NCBI GenBank assembly: GCA_036339875.1
Contig: JAYZAC010000139.1
Coordinates: 1-11,837 of the forward strand
Direction: 5' to 3'
DNA length: 11,837 nucleotides
Source: a bacterium
Lineage (GTDB): Bacteria; Muiribacteriota; UBA6191
The position numbers were made by a program, and so were the translations under genes. This document shows, piece after piece, positions 1-8,154 of the stretch. A model generated the notes under the pieces. The model was given only the letters and a program-made list of their open reading frames with translations. It had not been told where the DNA came from and searched no databases. Numbering within the stretch: position 1 is the stretch's first letter; each line of letters starts with the position of its first letter.

Positions 1-353
1 CTAGCCGCATATTCATGTTTATTAGGACCCACATCTTTCAAGTGCGTCAATAGAACCTGTCGTCGATGAGAATCATCATTACCAATTCTCGCCGAATGCA
101 CTCCTGGGTATCCATCAAGATCGTCACACTCTATCCCGCTATCATCTGCAATAACGATTCCGCCGAGTTTATTCTGATAATAACGAGCTTTAAGAAGAGC
201 ATTACCTTCAAAGTCAGACTCTGTCTCTTCAGGCTCCTCGCCCGAAAAACCCACGTCCTTGAGCGATTTTAATGTCCACCTAAAATCATCTCCAAAAATT
301 CGTCGAATCTCGGCTAATTTATTTTGATTCCCTGTAGCAACTATTAATTCCAT
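1..353 (-). CDS. rdgB: RdgB/HAM1-family non-canonical purine NTP pyrophosphatase (dITP/XTP), 5' part, runs off the left edge
   Basis: Not in the ORF track. Manual translation from ATG at 353 gives MELIVATGNQNKLAEIRRIF...PEETESDFEGNALLKARYY...VIADDSGIECDDLDGYPGVHSAR..., containing the ATxNxxK, EETxxxFxxNAxxKA, ADDSG and PGVxSAR motifs. GAGAG lies upstream, and rph-rdgB adjacency is well known. Confidence 0.96.
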   Translation of the reverse strand, partial: MELIVATGNQNKLAEIRRIFGDDFRWTLKSLKDVGFSGEEPEETESDFEGNALLKARYYQNKLGGIVIADDSGIECDDLDGYPGVHSARIGNDDSHRRQVLLTHLKDVGPNKHEYAA

Positions 354-370
354 GACTCTCACTTAGCCAA

Positions 371-1129
371 TTAACAGTCTATTTCGAAATTAGCTACTTT
401 TGTAGAATCTGAAATGGTTTCAATAACTTGATTTTGAAGCTTACAGAGTCTCTGAATCCCTTCGGAACCTAGCTCTAACATTTGATTAAGCTGCTCTATT
501 GTAAAAGCCTCACCCTCCGCAGTACCTTGAACCTCAACAATTTGTCCTGTCCCAGTCATCACCAGGTTCAAATCGACGTCAGCAGCAAAGTCTTCTTCGT
601 AATCCAGATCCAAATTGACTTTATCAGCTAGAATTCCAAGAGATACCGCTGCCACATTGTCTTTAATTGGATTTCTACTAATCTTTCCACTGCTATATAA
701 GGCTTTACAAGCAATTGCCATAGCAACAAATGCACCTGTAATAGAAGCTGTACGCGTGCCTCCATCTGCCTGAAGAACATCACAATCAATAGTAAGGGTA
801 AAACCTTGCAGAGCACTCAGATCCAATACTGATCTCAAAGATCTTCCAATCAATCTTTGAATCTCCATGGTTCTTCCACCAATACTTCCTTTACGGTCTC
901 TTCTTGAACGAGTATGAGTTGATCGTGGAAGCATTGCATACTCGGCGGTAGCCCATCCCTCACCTTTTTCTAACTGAAATGGTGGTACACCACCTTCAAC
1001 GGTACAAGTGCATAATACTCGTGTGTGTCCGAAATTTATAATCACAGCACCCTCAGCATATCTATTCACACCAATCTCAATTTTGATAGGTCTCATTTGC
1101 TGACTATTTCGTTCAAAACTACGCGTCAT
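371..1129 (-). CDS. rph: Ribonuclease PH
   Basis: Motifs GWATAEYAMLPRST, GGRTMEIQRLIGRSLR, DCDVLQADGGTRTASITG, DLDYEED and EVQGTAEG. SD-like AAGGAAG upstream. Confidence 0.98.
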   Translation of the reverse strand: MTRSFERNSQQMRPIKIEIGVNRYAEGAVIINFGHTRVLCTCTVEGGVPPFQLEKGEGWATAEYAMLPRSTHTRSRRDRKGSIGGRTMEIQRLIGRSLRSVLDLSALQGFTLTIDCDVLQADGGTRTASITGAFVAMAIACKALYSSGKISRNPIKDNVAAVSLGILADKVNLDLDYEEDFAADVDLNLVMTGTGQIVEVQGTAEGEAFTIEQLNQMLELGSEGIQRLCKLQNQVIETISDSTKVANFEIDC

Positions 1130-1140
1130 AATTCTTCCTT

Positions 1141-1174
1141 AAAAAAATAAATCCCGGTAGAAACCTACCGGGAT
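1141..1174 (-). terminator. Intrinsic terminator-like hairpin downstream of the PpiD-like gene
   Basis: Minus strand reads ATCCCGGTAG-GTTT-CTACCGGGAT (perfect 10-bp stem, 4-nt loop) followed by TTATTTTTTT, 16 nt after the stop codon. Confidence 0.8.
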
Positions 1175-1190
1175 CAACTCAATATCTGAT

Positions 1191-3806
1191 CTAAAATATT
1201 TCGATAGCTTCCGCTCGATTACGAAGCTCTTCTGAGTAAGCCTGAATCACCTCATAACGCTTACGATTCTTTAATTCATTCATGATCGAAATCTTAGCAT
1301 CAGCTAAACTAGGTTCTTTTGCTTCTTTTTTACTCTTCAGACGAACAACGTGCCAACCAAAAGGACTTTTAGCTAACCTTGGCAGGATTTGCCCTATATC
1401 TAATTGCTCGATCTCTGAATTGAGCTGTGCATCAAATCCAACCTCTGTCAATGGATGAGTACCACCATTTTTTTCAAAATTCGACTTATCTACATTCAAT
1501 CTTGACTTGCCTGCTGCATCGAATTGCATTAAACCGTCTTGAATACTTTTGAGTTGCACTTCAGCATCTTCTTTGGTGCGATAAGCTATTTGTTGTATTA
1601 AAACCTCAGCTGGAGTCGCATACTTACTTCTATTTTCATTAAAGTAACTAGCAATCTCTACATCTGTTACAGTCAAGGTAATTGCCTGACGAACCTCATC
1701 TTTAACCGAATCAAAAGATTCATAGTTTAATGGTTCTTCCGCGGTAACCTTGAGAAGAACCGTCCTGTCTCCTAAGTCTACCGGTGAGCTTATTGCTCCT
1801 GAAGCCAGATATTTTAGACGAGATAGAACTTTACTATGCAAAAACTCACCTAAACCTAAATCTTCCGAAATCCATGAACCTTTATCTTTTAATGAATAAT
1901 CTGCGGTTAGTTTTACACTTTTTACAGCACCAGCACTCTCACGTCCACCATTTGAATCAGAGAATGAATTCACAAGAATCGCAAAATCAGAGCCTGAAGT
2001 TAATTTACTATTAAGTTGGCTTAGTTGATCCTTGTAATAATCCTCTAATTTCTGTTCCTCAAGTGCTTTTCTAACTTTGTCTTTAACCTCCGTAAAATCA
2101 CGAACTTTTGGAGCTTGTTTACTCAATAACTGAAGTACATGCCAACCATTAGATGTTTCGATAGCCTCGGAAACCTCGCGATCCTTAAGTGTTCTTAAAG
2201 TTACAAGAATAGGAATGTCTAGACTGCCGGCTCCAGTGCTTAATTCTTTAATCTTCTCGGGATCGTTACCCTCTCCCAAAAATACCCCTTCGATCAGTCC
2301 GGAATTAACTTTAGATGCTCCTAAGGAATACTTCATAATCAATTCATCAAATGTAGATATTTGAGCTCGCAATTCTGCATCTATAACATCGAGTTGTTGA
2401 TCAGCAACCTCTTGGACTTTCCTATCCTGAACATCTTCAATAATTCTGTCTTTAACTTGCACTAATGGTTTCGTATGAGCTTCCATGCGTTCTTCAAGAC
2501 GTACCAAATGATATCCAAACTTAGTTTTAATAGGATCCGATACCTTATTTAGCTCTGTTTCTTTATCGAAGCAGTAGGCATCAAAAGCTGGCACCATATC
2601 TCCCTGGCGAAAAGAACCTAAACTTCCACCGTTTGGTCCACTCGGTCCATCCGAATGGGTTTTGGCAGCCTGCTCAAAGTCAACATCACCTTTCCTTATT
2701 TGCGCTAAAACGCGTTCAGCCTTCTTGAGTGCCTCAGATTCATTTCGATTCTTTGTATCAATTAGAATATGAGATGCCTGAACCATTTTTTCCATGGTGA
2801 ACTCGATGCTGTTCTTCTCATAATATTGCTGAACTTCTTCATCACTTACCTTGATAGAGCGAGCTAATACTTTTTTATCAAGATATAAATGCTTTAAATC
2901 AACCTTTTCAGGAGCTAGATAGCTTTCTTGATTCAATGAATAGTATGCTTTTTCATCTTCATCTTTGATCGATGCAAGTAAGTCATCTTTCTTACTGGGC
3001 TCATATCTTTTTATCACTAAACTCTGAATATCAACTACACGAGGACTTCTCCATCGATCCTTATGCTTTTCATAATAAGCATTAAGATCCTTATCACTTA
3101 CCTTTTCAGCGAGAAGATTTCGAATCTCTTCTTTTACAGATTCTAGAGGTTTCACATTTCCCTCAGAGTCTTTGTACTGACTACTCTTGTAAAGTGCATA
3201 ATATGACTCAATATCTTCATCTGGCACTTGAATCGTTTTAAATAATTTAGACTTAATTTCATCCACCACAAAATCTTTATTCATATACGCACGAAGTTCT
3301 TCAATACCAGTCCATCCATTACGCTTAATTTGATTGGTAAAGCGTTCTTGACCACCGTTACTAGACATCAAACTACCTAGTCTGGCCGTCACCTTTCCGC
3401 TCACATCAATCTGTTGTCGATTGCCCTCAATTACCATCAATTCATTGCTAATTAATTCTTGTAGAAATTGATCAGTCATCATCGAACGATAGTTTTTAGG
3501 TATATTACGTAGTCGATCCACCATTTGCGTGGCAATTAACATACGATTAAGTTGCCCCTCAGTAATTGTACTTGACTTACCATCCATTTTAACAACGGCA
3601 AGCGGTTTGGACGACAGTACATTGAATTCAGGATCTATCTGCGGTGCAGCCTGCTCTGACCTCTGGCGCTGCTGAGCCTGCTCCTGTTGATAATTCCTGT
3701 TCTCAAGGAAAGAAGCTGCTCCAATAAAAAAGATAGAAATGGTAAAAGAAATCACGATAAACCATATGATTCCTTTCATTCGACGTCTAATTTTCTCTAC
3801 TAGCAT
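1191..3806 (-). CDS. Membrane-anchored PpiD/SurA-like periplasmic chaperone with several parvulin-type PPIase domains (about 871 aa)
   Basis: N-terminus MLVEKIRRRMKGIIWFIVISFTISIFFIG is a PpiD-type basic patch plus TM anchor, followed by a SurA_N-like helical region. A canonical parvulin follows (VQASHILI...FEQAAKTHSD...GGSLG...MVPAF...SDPIKTKFGYHLV), with further degenerate copies. ATG at 3806 is preferred over TTG at 3809 because AGGAG lies 6 nt upstream. Confidence 0.88.
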   Translation of the reverse strand: MLVEKIRRRMKGIIWFIVISFTISIFFIGAASFLENRNYQQEQAQQRQRSEQAAPQIDPEFNVLSSKPLAVVKMDGKSSTITEGQLNRMLIATQMVDRLRNIPKNYRSMMTDQFLQELISNELMVIEGNRQQIDVSGKVTARLGSLMSSNGGQERFTNQIKRNGWTGIEELRAYMNKDFVVDEIKSKLFKTIQVPDEDIESYYALYKSSQYKDSEGNVKPLESVKEEIRNLLAEKVSDKDLNAYYEKHKDRWRSPRVVDIQSLVIKRYEPSKKDDLLASIKDEDEKAYYSLNQESYLAPEKVDLKHLYLDKKVLARSIKVSDEEVQQYYEKNSIEFTMEKMVQASHILIDTKNRNESEALKKAERVLAQIRKGDVDFEQAAKTHSDGPSGPNGGSLGSFRQGDMVPAFDAYCFDKETELNKVSDPIKTKFGYHLVRLEERMEAHTKPLVQVKDRIIEDVQDRKVQEVADQQLDVIDAELRAQISTFDELIMKYSLGASKVNSGLIEGVFLGEGNDPEKIKELSTGAGSLDIPILVTLRTLKDREVSEAIETSNGWHVLQLLSKQAPKVRDFTEVKDKVRKALEEQKLEDYYKDQLSQLNSKLTSGSDFAILVNSFSDSNGGRESAGAVKSVKLTADYSLKDKGSWISEDLGLGEFLHSKVLSRLKYLASGAISSPVDLGDRTVLLKVTAEEPLNYESFDSVKDEVRQAITLTVTDVEIASYFNENRSKYATPAEVLIQQIAYRTKEDAEVQLKSIQDGLMQFDAAGKSRLNVDKSNFEKNGGTHPLTEVGFDAQLNSEIEQLDIGQILPRLAKSPFGWHVVRLKSKKEAKEPSLADAKISIMNELKNRKRYEVIQAYSEELRNRAEAIEIF

Positions 3807-3864
3807 CAAAAACTCCTGCTTTTAAGCGGGTTTTAAGTGAATAACTACAGTCTTGGGGTGCCGA

Positions 3865-3893
3865 ATTATAACCATGGACATTTCAGAAATCAA
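3865..3893 (-). promoter_or_regulatory. Sigma70-type promoter for the PpiD-like gene
   Basis: Minus strand TTGATT (3893-3888), 17-nt spacer, TATAAT (3870-3865). Predicted TSS is near 3858, about 50 nt upstream of the ATG. Confidence 0.75.
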
Positions 3894-3930
3894 TGTTAAT
3901 TAAAGACAATCCATTTCCGATGCAAAGTTA

Positions 3931-5415
3931 ATGACAAAGTGGATTATTTACGTTTGCCTGTGTGCATTATTGTTTTGTAGCGAGCCATTCGGCATGAAAG
4001 CCTTTGATTCTTTAACTCAAAATAATATTTTAAGACAGCGATTTATAGACTTAATTGAATCAGATTTGGGAAAATCAGTAGGTCAACCTGTGACTCCTCC
4101 TGATAGTGCTGACCGATATACGTTAGCTATCTACGTAACCCGCTGTGTGCGAAAGTTAAGAACCTCAAAATTTAATCTAATTGATGATTCAAAGAGTATC
4201 AGTACGTTAATCTATTTAGTTAGAGAACTTAAATCTGAAATTGATATGCTAAATATGGATGCCACTGAATTTGAACTTGAAATTGAGAGTCATTTAGACA
4301 AACCTAAAATCATCAAGACTGAAGAAAGTCTACACAAAGGATTATCTATTGATTCAATGGAAATAAACGCCCAAAATAATAGTTCTAAAAATGGTGATTT
4401 TCAAAGCCTTGTTGACCTTACAGTAGTAGGCCTCAATCAAATTGAAGGATATTTAAGACTAGGCGTTAACCAACGCAGCAATCCAAATCATCACCAAAAG
4501 AAAAATCCTCGTCTATTGGTAGATGAGGCTAAACTTTCTTACACTGGTAACAAACACTTTGACGAAATTAGAATGGGTAAGTATTCCCCTGATATTGGGA
4601 TGGGTTTGAGTAATTCATCAAATATTGAAGGCATGGAAATACTTGGAAAATACCAAAATTATGAATTTCAACTGGGATATTTTGACGGCCTATTTGCCGC
4701 AGTAACTTCGCCTATGTTAATGAATCTGCCCGTCACTTTTTATACAATGCAGGAAAGATCACTGTCACAATTAGAAAATTTTAATCAACACTTTCAAAGT
4801 AATCGATATCATTCTGGTCTATATTTTGAACATCTAGCTTCCACTTATAAATTAAGAACAGAGTTTGCTGAATTTAGTCAGTCCGGAATTAAATATGGCA
4901 GAGTTGATGACCAAAGATCCTTCTCGTTAAGCTTAGATATATTTGCAACAAAAAAACTCCAAATTGGTGGTGCTATGACACATACCGGAGAGAAATTTGA
5001 AGCCCGAAATGGACAAAACAGCCTTCGGAACAAAAGTAACTTCGACGCAAAAGATAAAGTACTCCAAGAAGAAGTTCTTAAATCATTATCTAGATACTTC
5101 GGTAAAGATATTTACTCAGTACCGGGAACCTCAGATATTAAATTTAAAGTTAACTATCAAGCTACCAATAAAAGTTCTGTAGAATTACACTTCAATCGTC
5201 TCTATGACCACACACGATATGAAATTAACAAAAACAATGCTTTTAATCTGGGCACAATTAACTATCTTCAAAAGTTGGATGAAAATTCAGAATTTCTGAT
5301 ATCACTACAAAGCTTAAACTGGGATCGCTTAGGCTCCGCAAGCGAAGGTTTCATGGCCGGACATAGGCGTGAAAACATGCAAAGTCTCCAGAGTGCTTAT
5401 CGATTACGCTTTTAA
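3931..5415 (+). CDS. Secreted protein, probable outer-membrane beta-barrel of OmpM/SomA-like architecture (degenerate SLH, coiled coil, barrel)
   Basis: Hydrophobic N-terminal signal (MTKWIIYVCLCALLFC). DRYTLAIYVTRCV resembles the SLH TRYExA helix, and TLIYLVRELKSEIDML resembles the OmpM/SomA stalk motif LxxLxxEFxxELxxL. Many alternating-pattern strands follow, and the protein ends in AYRLRF, a BAM beta-signal with terminal Phe. Confidence 0.62.
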   Translation: MTKWIIYVCLCALLFCSEPFGMKAFDSLTQNNILRQRFIDLIESDLGKSVGQPVTPPDSADRYTLAIYVTRCVRKLRTSKFNLIDDSKSISTLIYLVRELKSEIDMLNMDATEFELEIESHLDKPKIIKTEESLHKGLSIDSMEINAQNNSSKNGDFQSLVDLTVVGLNQIEGYLRLGVNQRSNPNHHQKKNPRLLVDEAKLSYTGNKHFDEIRMGKYSPDIGMGLSNSSNIEGMEILGKYQNYEFQLGYFDGLFAAVTSPMLMNLPVTFYTMQERSLSQLENFNQHFQSNRYHSGLYFEHLASTYKLRTEFAEFSQSGIKYGRVDDQRSFSLSLDIFATKKLQIGGAMTHTGEKFEARNGQNSLRNKSNFDAKDKVLQEEVLKSLSRYFGKDIYSVPGTSDIKFKVNYQATNKSSVELHFNRLYDHTRYEINKNNAFNLGTINYLQKLDENSEFLISLQSLNWDRLGSASEGFMAGHRRENMQSLQSAYRLRF

Positions 5416-5425
5416 AGATTCTTCG

Positions 5426-5896
5426 TTATTCGCTTCTATCAAAACGCTGAAATTGGCTCAAAGGAGTGAATTTTGTTCTTTGATATGCACTAACAGCCGG
5501 CTTTTTTTTTTGAACATCTAAAAGATTTTGTTTGATTTGTTTAGGTATATTTTCAGCTAATTCTTGAAGCTTATGATCCACTTTACGTATAGACTCAAAA
5601 CAGGCTTTAACCTCCAGTAAATCATTTTGTAACTGTTTATTTCCAACGGTTTCAAAATGCTCCAACAGGTTAATCAAAAATTTTTCACCTGTTTGAACAT
5701 CAGTTGAAGCTGCCACTTTAGATTCTAATCGATCCAAGCAATCTAAATAGATATTGATAGCTTCTTCCCGCTTTGATAAGACCGAATCTAGAGAATCATA
5801 GTCTCTGGCTAAAAGAAGCTTGTGTAATTGCTCGGAAGTATTAAGCCAAGCAAAAGATTTTTCCTTCAAGACCTTCATATAGCTGGAGATATCCAT
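5426..5896 (-). CDS. Helical hypothetical protein, FlgN/FliT-like flagellar export chaperone candidate
   Basis: 156 aa, predicted all-helical. LLLARDYDSLDSVLSKREEAI and the C-terminal KKxAVSAY...FDRS resemble FlgN/FliT-type chaperones. No flagellar genes nearby and no SD. Confidence 0.45.
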   Translation of the reverse strand: MDISSYMKVLKEKSFAWLNTSEQLHKLLLARDYDSLDSVLSKREEAINIYLDCLDRLESKVAASTDVQTGEKFLINLLEHFETVGNKQLQNDLLEVKACFESIRKVDHKLQELAENIPKQIKQNLLDVQKKKPAVSAYQRTKFTPLSQFQRFDRSE

Positions 5897-5924
5897 TTAC
5901 AAAAGATAGCTCAATTATGACTTG

Positions 5925-5963
5925 AAATAAAGAAAAAGCCGGAGTTAGTGACCCCGGCTTTTT
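5925..5963 (-). terminator. Intrinsic terminator of the atp-ybaB transcript (possibly bidirectional)
   Basis: Minus strand AAAAA-GCCGGGGT-CACTA-ACTCCGGC-TTTTTCTTTATTT: an 8-bp GC-rich stem with one G.U pair that forms only on the minus transcript, followed by a long U tract. Confidence 0.88.
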
Positions 5964-5981
5964 AAAACTTTACGAAACTAT

Positions 5982-6296
5982 TTACATTAAACCGGGTAAT
6001 TTCATACCGCCAGTTAATGCCGACATAGAAGATTCTTTTTCTTGACTAGCTTTCTTTTGTGCCTCTTGAATAGCAGCAAGAATAACATCTTCTAACATCT
6101 CTACATCTTCCGGGTCCACGGCTTCAGGCATTATTTTAATATCAGTAATTTCCATTTTACCGTTAACTACAACCTCCGCCATTCCACCGCCAGCGCTACC
6201 CTTGAACACCATGGAATTCAGCTTCTCTTGTTCTTCCATCATGTCTGCCTGCATCTTTTGTGCCTGCTTCATTAATTTACCAAGTTGATCATTCAT
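5982..6296 (-). CDS. ybaB: YbaB/EbfC family nucleoid-associated protein
   Basis: Signature LMKQAQKMQ...GSAGGGMAEVVVNG...VDPEDVEMLEDVILAA...LTGGMKLPGLM. SD AAGGGGA lies inside atpC. Confidence 0.96.
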   Translation of the reverse strand: MNDQLGKLMKQAQKMQADMMEEQEKLNSMVFKGSAGGGMAEVVVNGKMEITDIKIMPEAVDPEDVEMLEDVILAAIQEAQKKASQEKESSMSALTGGMKLPGLM

Positions 6297-6726
6297 CTAC
6301 GTTGATCCCTTTTAACCCTAATCGGACTACTGCTCGATCACGAGAACTAATCGCTCTCTGCCAATCCAAATTCCGTTTGCTTACTTGTGGATCTCGTCCA
6401 GCAAGTCGTTGACGAGCTCTGTGTAACGAAGCCTTAGCTCGTTCAACATCGACTTCATCTACAAACTCAATATTAGGCGTAAAAATCTCCAGTAAGTTCC
6501 TATGGAAATGAGCAATTCCAGTATATGCAGCTAACTTCGTTTCAGTACCATCTAACTCATGAAAAGTTGCTGCACCCTCACCAAGAATATATGCAATAGA
6601 ACCATGATCGGGAAGATGTTCTACCCAACCATCTTTAGCCCAAGTATGCACTCGACTCACTTTATACTCTAAAGGAGGTCTACCTGGTGTCACGATTTTG
6701 ACATCAAATTCTTCAGCAATTGCCAT
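6289..6726 (-). CDS. atpC: F1 ATP synthase subunit epsilon
   Basis: Follows atpD. IVTP, LPDH, VDVERA and RAxxRL helices are present, although the N-terminal domain is divergent. Confidence 0.92.
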   Translation of the reverse strand: MAIAEEFDVKIVTPGRPPLEYKVSRVHTWAKDGWVEHLPDHGSIAYILGEGAATFHELDGTETKLAAYTGIAHFHRNLLEIFTPNIEFVDEVDVERAKASLHRARQRLAGRDPQVSKRNLDWQRAISSRDRAVVRLGLKGINVDE

Positions 6727-6728
6727 TA

Positions 6729-8147
<1,419 letters not shown>

Positions 8148-8154
8148 CTATTTA

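Noticed and set aside
66..272. 68-aa + strand ORF
   Set aside because: Antisense shadow of the rdgB coding region, with no recognisable motifs.
628..816. 62-aa - strand ORF with a hydrophobic look
   Set aside because: Alternative frame entirely inside rph.
1784..2014. 76-aa + strand ORF
   Set aside because: Antisense to the PpiD-like gene, with biased composition typical of shadow frames.
3931..3980. Lipoprotein signal in the barrel protein (Cys16)
   Set aside because: LLFC does not fit the [LVI][ASTVI][GAS]C lipobox, so a standard Sec/SPase I signal is more likely.
4997..5182. 61-aa + strand ORF
   Set aside because: Out-of-frame ORF nested in the barrel gene. GGAG lies upstream, but the start is TTG and nothing else supports it.
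1151..5963. The two CCGG-containing hairpins (1151-1174 and 5933-5963) as a REP/MITE repeat family
   Set aside because: They share only a short core and each is explained as a terminator after a gene. No arrays or target-site duplications were seen.
5946..5972. TAAAGTTT (perfect sigma28 -35) on the minus strand upstream of the FlgN/FliT-like gene
   Set aside because: The expected -10 position reads GGTCACTA rather than GCCGATAA and falls inside the terminator hairpin.
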